The notes under the pieces: generated by a model
Databases searched by the model: none
What the model saw: only the letters and a program-made list of their open reading frames with translations
What the model was told of the DNA's origin: nothing
Position numbers and translations under genes: made by a program
In this document: piece by piece, positions 39,186 through 48,274 of the stretch
Numbering within the stretch: position 1 is the stretch's first letter
Layout of the letters: the number at the start of each line of letters is the position of its first letter
Assembly: GCA_039586795.1 (NCBI GenBank)
Contig: JBDHJS010000005.1
Span: forward strand, 1 to 64,000
DNA length: 64,000 bases
From: Gemmatimonadota bacterium
GTDB lineage: Bacteria; Gemmatimonadota; Gemmatimonadetes; Palauibacterales; KS3-K002
Reading direction: 5' to 3'

Positions 39186-40406
39186 ATGAGGCGCCCTGCA
39201 GTTGCTTCCGTCACGGTTCTCTCGCTCGCCTCCCTGTCCTTCATCGCTTGCGAGCCGGCCAATTCACGAAGCGCCGAGCCCGTCGTCAGAGACAGCGCCG
39301 GCGTGCGCATCATCGAAAACGACGCATCGCGCTGGGCGGAGGGAGAAGGGTGGCGGCTATCGGAGCGGCCGCTGCTCGATATCGGCGCCGACAGCGACGA
39401 AGCCGCCTACCAGCTCTTCCGGGTCACGGGCGCCCTCAAGCTCGACGACGGGGCTATCGTCATCGCCAACTCGGGCACCGGCGAGCTGAGATACTTCGAC
39501 GCCGATGGCGTCTATCTTAGATCGAGCGGTCGTCAGGGCAGCGGTCCGGGGGAGTTCCAGTCGATAAGCACGATCGGTACGCTGGTGGATGGTTCAGTGG
39601 TCGCCTACGACGGGCGCCAGAAACGAATTTCCATCTTCGCACCCGACGGCGTGTTCGTCAGCTCTTCACGTATCGAGACATCCGACCATCCCGGGTTTCA
39701 CACGGCGGCGGCATTCCTGGACGACAATACACTGCTGGTGAGCGCCGAGGGCCTGTTGACGCGTGGTGAGCTGGCCAGCAGGGTGAGGCGCGACACGACG
39801 TATTACATCCGCTGCGAGACGACCGGCGCCGTGCTCGACACGATCGCCGCGCTGCCGGGCCGCGAGATGTACATCATGATGGAAGGCGAGCACGTGGACA
39901 TGGCGCAGCTGGCGTTCGGTCGCGAACCCCACTTCGCCGCTTACCTTGCCGGCGCCTACTTCGCCAACAGCGACGCCTTCGAGATCCGCTATCTCGATTC
40001 GGACGGTGAGCTCGCTCGTATCATCAGGATGCGAACGCCGACCCGCGAGGTCAGCGACGACGACATCGAGCTGTTCCTATCCCGGCAACTGGGCGACATG
40101 CCCGAGGGACCCGACCGCCAGTTCATGGAAAACTTCTACAGCGGGATGCCGTTCCCCGAGACGATGCCGGCACACGGGAATCTGATCGTGGATTCCGACG
40201 GCAATCTGTGGGTCAAGGAGTATCATTGGCCGCTCGACGAGCCCGCACGCTGGAGGATCTTCGATAGCGCGGGCGCGTTGCTGGGTGTCGTCGAGACGCC
40301 GCCCGGACTAGAGATCTACCAGATAGGTTCCGATTTCGTATTGGGCCGCTGGCGCGATGAGATGGACATCGAGCACATTCAGATGTTCGGACTGACAAGG
40401 AGTTGA
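39186..40406 (+). CDS. 6-bladed beta-propeller lipoprotein (tandem paralog 2)
   Basis: FIAC lipobox, VRDSAGVRIIEN, GRQGSGPGEF. Confidence 0.88.
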   Translation: MRRPAVASVTVLSLASLSFIACEPANSRSAEPVVRDSAGVRIIENDASRWAEGEGWRLSERPLLDIGADSDEAAYQLFRVTGALKLDDGAIVIANSGTGELRYFDADGVYLRSSGRQGSGPGEFQSISTIGTLVDGSVVAYDGRQKRISIFAPDGVFVSSSRIETSDHPGFHTAAAFLDDNTLLVSAEGLLTRGELASRVRRDTTYYIRCETTGAVLDTIAALPGREMYIMMEGEHVDMAQLAFGREPHFAAYLAGAYFANSDAFEIRYLDSDGELARIIRMRTPTREVSDDDIELFLSRQLGDMPEGPDRQFMENFYSGMPFPETMPAHGNLIVDSDGNLWVKEYHWPLDEPARWRIFDSAGALLGVVETPPGLEIYQIGSDFVLGRWRDEMDIEHIQMFGLTRS

Positions 40407-40415
40407 GCGGCCGAC

Positions 40416-41633
40416 ATGTCATATAGTAGAACTGCAGTCGCAGTAGCTGTTCTCGCATTTGTAGCCGCCGGCTGCGACTCGGGCGCGCCGGGCTCGACGG
40501 GCCCAGCGGTCCGTGACAGCGCCGGCGTGCGGATCATCGAGAACGCTGACTACCGCTGGCCCGAGGGAGAGGGCTGGCGCTTCTCCGAGGCGCCCACGGT
40601 CGACATCGGCGCATCGCAGAGCGAGACCGAACAGCTGTTCAACGTCGTCGACGCACTCAAGCTTGATGATGGCCGCATCGTTGTCGCGAACTCGGGCAGC
40701 GGAGAGCTGCGCTTCTACGATGCCGCAGGCGCCTTCTTGAACACCAGCGGTCGCAAAGGCGACGGCCCAGGAGAATTCGGCGAGCTTCTCTGGATGCGAA
40801 CACATGGCGACTCGCTGCTCGCCTTCGACTGGGATGGCGCAAAGCTCTCGGTCTTCGGCCTCGACGGAACGTTCGCCCGTTCAGTGGCTATGCGACCGTT
40901 GATCCAGACCGGCGGAGCGCCGTCTTACCTGAGCCCGTTCGCCGATGGCACGTTGCTGGCCGTCGCCTCGCTGTACCGAAGCGAGTCGGGCGGACTGGAA
41001 GCGGGTATGCGACGCAACACCGCGCTTCATCTACGGTGCGACATGGACGGAGGGTTGATCGACACCGTCGGCGCGTTGCCCGGTGATGAGTGGTATCTGA
41101 GAAGCGAAGGCGGCGGAGTGGTCGGTGGCGTCCGCGCTTTGGGGCTAGAGGGTCATACGACCGCGCACTCTGACGGGTTCTTCTACGGCGACAGCGAGTC
41201 CTACGAGATCGGCGACTACGACCGGGATGGCACGCTGACGCGGTTGATTCGGCTCGACCGACCGAACCGCCCGGTGACGGATCGGGATATCGAGCTGTAC
41301 GAAGAGGATCAGGTAGAGGAGTGGGGCGGCGACCCGGTGGCCAGGCAAGCCATCCAGCGGATGCTGATCGACATGCCGTTCCCCGAGACCTTGCCGGCCT
41401 ACGGCGAATTTCGCGTCGACGAAGAGGGGAATCTCTGGGTCTCCGACTATCGCCGACCCGGCGAGAAGGCCACACGCTGGACCGTGTTCGACCCGAGCGG
41501 CGCGGCGCTGGGCGTCGTCGAGATGCCGCCCCGGTTCACGCCCTACCAGATTGGATCGGACTTCGTTCTGGGCCGGTGGCAAGACGAACTCGATGTGGAG
41601 CACGTGAGAGTCTACGGACTACTGAAAGGTTAG
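40416..41633 (+). CDS. 6-bladed beta-propeller lipoprotein (tandem paralog 3)
   Basis: AAGC lipobox, VRDSAGVRIIEN, GRKGDGPGEF. Confidence 0.88.
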   Translation: MSYSRTAVAVAVLAFVAAGCDSGAPGSTGPAVRDSAGVRIIENADYRWPEGEGWRFSEAPTVDIGASQSETEQLFNVVDALKLDDGRIVVANSGSGELRFYDAAGAFLNTSGRKGDGPGEFGELLWMRTHGDSLLAFDWDGAKLSVFGLDGTFARSVAMRPLIQTGGAPSYLSPFADGTLLAVASLYRSESGGLEAGMRRNTALHLRCDMDGGLIDTVGALPGDEWYLRSEGGGVVGGVRALGLEGHTTAHSDGFFYGDSESYEIGDYDRDGTLTRLIRLDRPNRPVTDRDIELYEEDQVEEWGGDPVARQAIQRMLIDMPFPETLPAYGEFRVDEEGNLWVSDYRRPGEKATRWTVFDPSGAALGVVEMPPRFTPYQIGSDFVLGRWQDELDVEHVRVYGLLKG

Positions 41634-41640
41634 ACCGCGG

Positions 41641-41668
41641 GACCCCGGCACGTTCACGTGCCGGGGTC
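41641..41668. terminator. Hairpin between convergent genes
   Basis: gaccccggcacgt-tc-acgtgccggggtc. Confidence 0.65.
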
Positions 41669-41673
41669 AGTTC

Positions 41674-42249
41674 TCATCTCTGCTCATCAGGAATGAACAC
41701 CGAGTACACTCCACGAAGGTCGCCGGCCTCGAAGTTGAAGGCCCGGTCCTCCGCGTAGTCGTCCTTCACGAACTGCGGCCGAGCTTCTTTCGGGCCGTGG
41801 CAGACGAGGCACGACGCTTCAGCGACGATGCGTCGGTAGTAACGAAAACCAGACTGACCCTCCATCTCGGTCCGAACCCACAAGCCCATCATCTCGGGCG
41901 TCGCCTCCATCATCCGATAGATGAGCTCGGCCTCCGTGTCGAGCGTGTTGTTTGGGTTGCGGTTCTTGAGAGCGAGTTGCCTTATCTGATACCCGTGCTC
42001 CTCGAAGAACCGCTGCGCCTCAACACCGACCGGCCGGCAGACCTGCCAAAAAGTCGTCTTGTTAGTGGCGCCCGACATAGAGCTGGCCAGCTCGGAGCGC
42101 ATCCCGTCCAGCAGCTCGACCTCCGTCACGATCTTCGACAATGCATCCGCATCGGGGCGATCGGCACCCCGTTCGATCGGCGCGGTCGAGTACATCACCG
42201 CCGTAACCATAACCAACAACCCGGCCGTGATCCCCACATGTCTCAGCAT
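41674..42249 (-). CDS. DUF3365/Tll0287-like c-type heme protein
   Basis: Signal/TM segment, RNPNN, CLVCH heme motif, GDLRGVYSV. Confidence 0.85.
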   Translation of the reverse strand: MLRHVGITAGLLVMVTAVMYSTAPIERGADRPDADALSKIVTEVELLDGMRSELASSMSGATNKTTFWQVCRPVGVEAQRFFEEHGYQIRQLALKNRNPNNTLDTEAELIYRMMEATPEMMGLWVRTEMEGQSGFRYYRRIVAEASCLVCHGPKEARPQFVKDDYAEDRAFNFEAGDLRGVYSVFIPDEQR

Positions 42250-42267
42250 GCCATACTCCTTCCATCT

Positions 42268-42316
42268 ACTACCGCTTACCGATTACCGTCCACCGTCTAC
42301 CGTCCACCGTCTACCG
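42268..42316 (+). repeat. Heptamer tandem array (TCYACCG)x7 starting at the usp stop codon
   Basis: actaccg cttaccg attaccg tccaccg tctaccg tccaccg tctaccg. Confidence 0.88.
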
Positions 42317-43177
42317 ACTCTCCGGCGGCACGATCACCGTCGCCCGATGCCCGTGCCGCAACACATAAACCGACGTGCTACCCACCAGCAGCCGGTCGAA
42401 GAACCCAAAACCGTGTGTGCCCATGACGATGAGGTCCGCATCCCAGGCCTGCGCCTCTTCGAGAATCTCGTGTCCCGATTCGCCTTCGTGCATCCGGGCT
42501 TCGACGCCCGCGCCAACGACCAGGCCCGCGTCCTCCAGGATCGCCTCCAGCTGCTGGCGGGCGTGTCGCCGGTGCTCGGCCTCGTCATAGACGGCGGCTT
42601 CTGCGAGCATCATCGGCAGCGGCTCGAGCACGTAGATCACGCGCATATCGGCGTGATCCGCCTCGGCGATCGACTTCGCCACCTCGAGTACTTGCTTGGA
42701 CTGCTTGGAGAGATCGATGGCGGCGAGTATGCGCCGGAACGGCTCGGTCCGCCGTTCCGTGGCAACCAGCACCGGTACGTGAGCGATACGCAGTACCCGC
42801 TCGGCGGTGGAGCCGACCAGCGTTCTGGCGATGGCCGGCTGTGAGTGCCCGCCAACGACAAGCAGGTCGGTTTCCAACTCCTCCGCGGTCCGGACGATTG
42901 CCGGCGCCGCGAAACCGCTCTTCACGTGTACGGTCGCGTCACCGGCGCCGCTCGCCGTCGCTTCGCTCTCCGCGTTCGCCCGCGCCTCGGTGATGATCTC
43001 CGGCTCGAACTCCCTAGGTTCGAGGCCCGGGGGCGCGTAGGCGGGTGGCAGCAACAGGACCTCCACCACCGTCACGATATCGAGCTGCGCGCCCAGCCGT
43101 GCGGCGCACGCGGCGGCGGTCACAACGGAGCTGGAGCCACGTTCGCTGACGTCGGTAGCCGCGAGAATTCTCTTCAT
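42311..43177 (-). CDS. Tandem-domain universal stress protein
   Basis: Two USP domains: ILAATDVS...LVGSTAERVL and ILAAIDLS...DLIVMGTHG..LLVGSTS. Confidence 0.93.
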   Translation of the reverse strand: MKRILAATDVSERGSSSVVTAAACAARLGAQLDIVTVVEVLLLPPAYAPPGLEPREFEPEIITEARANAESEATASGAGDATVHVKSGFAAPAIVRTAEELETDLLVVGGHSQPAIARTLVGSTAERVLRIAHVPVLVATERRTEPFRRILAAIDLSKQSKQVLEVAKSIAEADHADMRVIYVLEPLPMMLAEAAVYDEAEHRRHARQQLEAILEDAGLVVGAGVEARMHEGESGHEILEEAQAWDADLIVMGTHGFGFFDRLLVGSTSVYVLRHGHRATVIVPPESR

Positions 43178-43181
43178 CCGC

Positions 43182-44633
43182 CTATCCTTTCAGGACGCCC
43201 ATCGGTTTGAGTTGGGCCACCATCTTACCGATACCAGCTCGGTGCACCACCTGGACGACGTCTTTCACATCCTTGTAGGCCTCCGATATCTCCTCATCCA
43301 CGGTGGCTCTCGACGCCGCGCGGATGAGTATCCCACGATCTTCCAGTTCACGTACGATCGCTCTGCCCTTCGCCGTCCGCTTCGCCTGCTTGCGGCTCAT
43401 CATGCGACCGGCTCCGTGACAGGTCGAACCGAAGGTCTCATTGAACGCGCCTTCCGTCCCCACCAGGACATAGCTGTAGCGACCCATGTCACCGGGTATG
43501 AAGATCGGCTGCCCGACCTTCTGATAGACCGCAGGCACCTCCGGGTGACCGGGCGGGAAGGCGCGGGTCGCGCCCTTTCGATGCACGCACACCTTCTGTT
43601 CGGATCCATTGACTCGGTGCGTCTCGATCTTCGCGATGTTGTGCGCGACGTCGTAAACCAGCCGCAGACCCAGGCGCTCGGCACTTTGACTGAACACGCC
43701 CTCGAACGTCTCCCGCACCCGGTGTCCCATCATCTGACGGTTACTGAAGGCGTAGTTCGCCGCGGCACGCATCGCCGCCAGATACCGCTGTGCTTCGTCG
43801 GAACGAAGCGGCGCGCAGCAGAGCTGCCGATCCTGGAGAACGATTCCATACTTGTCCGCGGCGCGTAGCATCATCTTTAGGTAATCGTCGCACACCTGAT
43901 AGCCGAGCCCGCGGGACCCCGAATGGATGAACGCGGTCACCGAGCCGACGGAAAGGCCAAGCGCTGTGGCCGCCTCGTCGTCGTAGACCTCACCCACGTA
44001 ACCGATCTCTATGAAATGATTGCCCGAACCCAGCGTGCCGACCTGGGCGCGGCCTCGCTCGGTGGCACGCTGTGAAACGTGGTCCGGGTCAGCTCCGTCA
44101 ATCGTGCCGCCGGCCTCGATCCGCTCCAGATCCTGCGACCACCCGTAGCCGTTCTCCACCGCCCACCTGGCGCCCCGCGTCAGCACATGCTTCACCTGCT
44201 TCTGATTCAGCTTGAGATCGGAACGCGCGGCGCCGACACCGGATGGCACGTTGTGGTAGAGTCGGTCCATCAGTTGCGACAGTCGCGGCCGCATGTCGTC
44301 CGCGCTTATATCCGAACGCAGCAACCGCACGCCGCAGTTGATGTCGTAGCCGACACCGCCCGGCGATATCACACCCTCCTCCATATCGAACGCGGCGACG
44401 CCGCCGATGGGAAAGCCGTAGCCCCAGTGGATGTCCGGCATGGCGATCGACGGACCCACGATGCCCGGCAAGCAGGCGACGTTCGCCACCTGCTGCAGAC
44501 TCTTGTCATGTTCTATGTGGGGGATCAGCTCATCGTCGGCGAAGACGAGGCCGTCGGTCAGCATCGGACCGCTGCGCGGTATCCGCCAGCGATGCGCGTC
44601 GATGCGCTCCAGCTTGTAACCCTCGACAGCCAT
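43182..44633 (-). CDS. rtcB: RtcB RNA ligase (long, archaeal/eukaryotic-like form)
   Basis: MPDIHWGYGFPIGG, GYDINCG, GSGNHF, HSGSRG, HRKGAT, HGAGR. Confidence 0.97.
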   Translation of the reverse strand: MAVEGYKLERIDAHRWRIPRSGPMLTDGLVFADDELIPHIEHDKSLQQVANVACLPGIVGPSIAMPDIHWGYGFPIGGVAAFDMEEGVISPGGVGYDINCGVRLLRSDISADDMRPRLSQLMDRLYHNVPSGVGAARSDLKLNQKQVKHVLTRGARWAVENGYGWSQDLERIEAGGTIDGADPDHVSQRATERGRAQVGTLGSGNHFIEIGYVGEVYDDEAATALGLSVGSVTAFIHSGSRGLGYQVCDDYLKMMLRAADKYGIVLQDRQLCCAPLRSDEAQRYLAAMRAAANYAFSNRQMMGHRVRETFEGVFSQSAERLGLRLVYDVAHNIAKIETHRVNGSEQKVCVHRKGATRAFPPGHPEVPAVYQKVGQPIFIPGDMGRYSYVLVGTEGAFNETFGSTCHGAGRMMSRKQAKRTAKGRAIVRELEDRGILIRAASRATVDEEISEAYKDVKDVVQVVHRAGIGKMVAQLKPMGVLKG

Positions 44634-44663
44634 AGAGTCGAGCTCCGTAGCTAAGAGAGTCGC

Positions 44664-45095
44664 CTACAGGTCGAAGACGATACGAGCGAACCAGCTATCG
44701 TTCCGGCGACCTACCTGGAGGTCATGGTAGGTGACGCCTTTCAGTTCTCGTTCGATGACATCCGGACTCTCAGGCTGAGCCAGCCCGGCCCTGGCGACCA
44801 GGCCCTTTTCGTCGAGCGCCTCGAACTCGGCCGTGGCGAACAACAATCCTTCCGAAGTCTGGATGTGAAGGAGCTCACGGAGCCAATCCACGAGCAGAGC
44901 TTCGATATCGGGGGCCCGCAAATCCAGCGTATGCCACACCGTAGCTTCGCGGCCACCATCCGGCGCGCCCCCCTCAGACCCCATGAGAACGCCGGTCATG
45001 CCGTGGGCGCAGGCGATGAATAGCCCCTCAAGCGTAGACGCCTCGACCTCGAGGCCCAGGTCGGCGGTATGCTCGATCGTCCGCCAGCGGCCCAT
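44664..45095 (-). CDS. Archease
   Basis: EHTADLG, LVDWLRELL, LKGVTYHDL, IVFDL. Confidence 0.93.
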   Translation of the reverse strand: MGRWRTIEHTADLGLEVEASTLEGLFIACAHGMTGVLMGSEGGAPDGGREATVWHTLDLRAPDIEALLVDWLRELLHIQTSEGLLFATAEFEALDEKGLVARAGLAQPESPDVIERELKGVTYHDLQVGRRNDSWFARIVFDL

Positions 45096-45159
45096 GGGGG
45101 CGAACCTCCTGTAGGTGGTGAGTCTAGGGGAAAATTAATGCCTGCGGCCGAGCGCGCCA

Positions 45160-45270
45160 CAGTGGAGGGTAGACGGTAGACGGTAGACGGTGGACGGTGC
45201 ACAGTAGACGGTAATGAATCGGCGGCGTCAGACGGTCTACCGTCAACCGTCTACCGTCTACCGTCTACGG
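45160..45270. repeat. Inverted pair of heptamer arrays (8 + 5 units)
   Basis: (CRGTRGA)x8 at 45160-45215, 20-nt spacer, (TCWACCG)x5 at 45236-45270. Confidence 0.9.
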
Positions 45271-45308
45271 GCAGTACCTTAGCCAAAACACCCCACCCGG
45301 AGGCCAGA

Positions 45309-45473
45309 ATGCCGCTCTACGAGTACGAATGCCGGGAGTGCGGGCACAGCTTCAGCCTGCGCTTGCACATCGAGGAGCACGACACGAAGCGGCCGAAGTG
45401 CCCGGAATGCGGGAGCCGCAAGCTCGAGCATAAATACAGCGCCTTCTTCGCCAAGACCGCCAAGAAGAGTTGA
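45309..45473 (+). CDS. FmdB family zinc-ribbon protein (not in the ORF track)
   Basis: MPLYEYECRECGHSF...KCPECGSRKLEHKYS, 54 aa, GGAGG RBS. Confidence 0.9.
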   Translation: MPLYEYECRECGHSFSLRLHIEEHDTKRPKCPECGSRKLEHKYSAFFAKTAKKS

Positions 45474-45478
45474 CCGGG

Positions 45479-46675
45479 ATGCGATTTCACATCGCCACGC
45501 CGGAGCAGATCAAAGCCGGCGCCGTCGCCGACGTCTATTTCCGTCGCACCGCACAGATTCTAGATGCGAAGGGTGTCGATGCTTACGTGCGGGCGGAGTT
45601 CATGGCGAAGTCGTTGCCCGACGCCTGGGAGTGGGCGGTGCTGGCCGGGCTCGCCGAGGTGACGCATCTGCTAGAAGGGATCGACGTGAAGGTCCGGGCG
45701 ATGGAAGAAGGCGGCGTGTTTCGGGCCTTCGAGCCGGTGCTGGAGATCGAGGGCAGCTACCGTGAGTTCGGAGTATTCGAGACGGCGATCCTCGGTCTGA
45801 TCTGCCAGGCGTCGGGTATCGCGACGCGCGCCGCACGCTGCCGGCTGGCGGCAGGGCAAGATCGGAGATTGATCAGCTTTGGGGCGCGACGGATGCACCC
45901 GGCGATCGCGCCGATGATCGAGCGGGCGGCGTTCATCGGTGGCTGTGACGGCGTCGCCGCAGTCGCCAGCGCCGAGCTGCTGGGCACGGAACCCGTGGGG
46001 ACGATCCCACACGCGCTGATCCTCGTGATGGGCGATACGGTGCAGGCCACGCTGGCGTTCGACGAAGTGATCGACGATGCCGTCCCGCGCATCGCGCTGA
46101 TCGACACCTTCAATGACGAGAAGTTCGCCGCACTCGAGGTCGCGGAGGCGCTGGGCGACCGGCTCGCCGCGCTTAGACTGGATACGCCCGGCAGTCGGCG
46201 GGGCGACTTCTTCGATATCCTGAGCGAAGTCCGCTGGGAGCTCGATCTGCGGGGCTTCGAGGAGATCGATCTCTTCGTCAGCGGCGGGATTGATGAGGAG
46301 GCGATCGTTGAACTAAATCCAGTCGCCGACGGTTATGGCGTAGGAACGTGGATCAGCGGCGCGCCCGTCGTCGATTTCAGCATGGACCTCGTGGAGATCG
46401 ATGGGAAGCCGGTCGCCAAGCGAGGCAAATGGTCTGGCGCCAAGCAGGTGCTCCGTTGCGCGGGTTGCCACGAGGACGATATCGTGCCGCTCCACCAGGC
46501 CGACGATTGGCCAGACACGTGCCCCGACTGTGGCTCCGATGTAGAGCCGTTGCTCGTTCACTGGATGAGCGGTGGCGAAGCCGTCGGACCGCACCTGGAG
46601 CCGACAGAGATACGCGAGCGAACGCTGGAGCGGATCGGCGACTTTGACGTTGAGGGGGAGGACGAGACAGAGTGA
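45479..46675 (+). CDS. pncB: Nicotinate phosphoribosyltransferase (archaeal-like, C-terminal zinc ribbon)
   Basis: DVYF, SFGARRMHP, GTIPHAL, RLDTPGSRRG, VSGG, CAGC...CPDCG. Confidence 0.9.
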   Translation: MRFHIATPEQIKAGAVADVYFRRTAQILDAKGVDAYVRAEFMAKSLPDAWEWAVLAGLAEVTHLLEGIDVKVRAMEEGGVFRAFEPVLEIEGSYREFGVFETAILGLICQASGIATRAARCRLAAGQDRRLISFGARRMHPAIAPMIERAAFIGGCDGVAAVASAELLGTEPVGTIPHALILVMGDTVQATLAFDEVIDDAVPRIALIDTFNDEKFAALEVAEALGDRLAALRLDTPGSRRGDFFDILSEVRWELDLRGFEEIDLFVSGGIDEEAIVELNPVADGYGVGTWISGAPVVDFSMDLVEIDGKPVAKRGKWSGAKQVLRCAGCHEDDIVPLHQADDWPDTCPDCGSDVEPLLVHWMSGGEAVGPHLEPTEIRERTLERIGDFDVEGEDETE

Positions 46676-48246
46676 GCCACGCCGCAACACCCGACGACAT
46701 CATCGACTTCTTTCTCGATCCGGCCAACTACGGTCACGAGGTCGACAGCATCGAGCATCACCAGACCCATGTCTCGCACCTGTTCTTTGTTGGCGAATAC
46801 GTTTACAAGGTCAAGAAGCCGGTGAACTTCGGCTTCCTCGATTTCTCCACGCTCACCAAGCGCCGCGACGCCGCGATCGCCGAGCTCGAGCTCAACCGCC
46901 GAGTCGCCCCGGACATCTACCTCGATGTCGCGGCCGTCCACCGTGACGAAGCAGGCCATCTGAGCTTCACCGCCCCGGCTGTGGTCGAAGAGGTCGCCGT
47001 GGTGATGAAGCGACTGCCTGACGAGGAGCGCCTATCCAGCCTCATCGCTTCCGGGCGCGCCACACCCGAGATGATGCGCGACCTTGGGCGCCTGATCGCT
47101 GACTTCCATCGCGACGCTGAAACATCGCCGGCGATCGAGCATTTCGGTTCGCTGGAAGTAGTCCGTCACAACTGGGACGAGAACTTCGAGCAGACGGAAT
47201 CGTTCATTGGGCGCACGATATCGCGCGAGGGCTGGGAGCGGACGAAGGCCGAGATCGAGCGCTTCATGCGCGTCTACGCGAACCTGTTCGAGCAGCGGAT
47301 CGATGGCGGCTGGATAAGAGACTGTCACGGCGATCTGCAGGCGGACGACACGTTCGTCGACCCGGAGACGGGTCAAGCGCGGGTCCTCGACTGTATCGAG
47401 TTCAACGAGCGTTTCCGCTACTCTGACACGATATCCGACGTCGCGTTCCTGTCGATGGATATGCGCAATCGCGGTCGTCCCGACCTGGCCCGCGCGTTTC
47501 TCGAAGCCTACTACGACGCTTCCCCCGATCGACGCATCCCCGCGTTGTTGAGGTTCTACGAATCGTACCGAGCTTACGTTCGCGGCAAGGTGCGCGGATT
47601 CGTCATCGACCAGGAAGGGCCTAGCCCGGAGGAGAAGCGCGCCGCAACTGACGAAGCCCGACGTTTCTTCGAGCTGTCGCTGTCCGATGCCGTGAGGCTA
47701 CGTCCACGGGTCATCTTGTTCGCCGGCATCATGGGCAGCGGGAAGACACGCCAGTCGACTGAGTTCGCTCAGCGGGCGGAGCTCAGAGTGCTCCACAGCG
47801 ATGAGGTTCGGAAGCAGTTGGCCGGGCTGGACCCGAACGATGAGCACAAGGTCCCGTTCGGCGAAGGCATCTATTCCGGCGAGTGGACGCAGCGGACCTA
47901 CGAGGCACTGCTCGGCGAGGCGCGCAAAGAGCTGTCGGCCGGAAACTCGATCGTCCTGGACGCCTCGTGGTCGAGCGCCGAGCTTCGTGCCCGGGCGCGC
48001 GAAGTCACGCGCGAATTCGAGGCGCTACTGGTGATCGTCGAATGCTCTGCGCCCGACGAGACGTTGAGGGCCCGGCTCTCCAAACCGAAACGCACGGTGA
48101 CCGACGGCCGCATCGAACTGCTCGAAGATCAGCGTGCCGTCTACCAGACACCGGACGACAGCGAAGCGGACATCGTGGTCCGCGTCGACACGTCCGGCAG
48201 CTTCGAGAGCGCGGCGGCCAGCGTCCTCGATGCCCTGTTCGACTAA
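46672..48246 (+). CDS. Aminoglycoside-phosphotransferase-like / P-loop kinase fusion (COG2187+COG0645 type)
   Basis: THVS...YKVKKPVNFGFLDFSTL, CHGDL, DCIEFNERFR, GIMGSGKT, SDEVRKQLAG. Confidence 0.9.
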   Translation: MSHAATPDDIIDFFLDPANYGHEVDSIEHHQTHVSHLFFVGEYVYKVKKPVNFGFLDFSTLTKRRDAAIAELELNRRVAPDIYLDVAAVHRDEAGHLSFTAPAVVEEVAVVMKRLPDEERLSSLIASGRATPEMMRDLGRLIADFHRDAETSPAIEHFGSLEVVRHNWDENFEQTESFIGRTISREGWERTKAEIERFMRVYANLFEQRIDGGWIRDCHGDLQADDTFVDPETGQARVLDCIEFNERFRYSDTISDVAFLSMDMRNRGRPDLARAFLEAYYDASPDRRIPALLRFYESYRAYVRGKVRGFVIDQEGPSPEEKRAATDEARRFFELSLSDAVRLRPRVILFAGIMGSGKTRQSTEFAQRAELRVLHSDEVRKQLAGLDPNDEHKVPFGEGIYSGEWTQRTYEALLGEARKELSAGNSIVLDASWSSAELRARAREVTREFEALLVIVECSAPDETLRARLSKPKRTVTDGRIELLEDQRAVYQTPDDSEADIVVRVDTSGSFESAAASVLDALFD

Positions 48247-48274
48247 ACCCCTGCTACCGAAGAAGGCGTACGGA

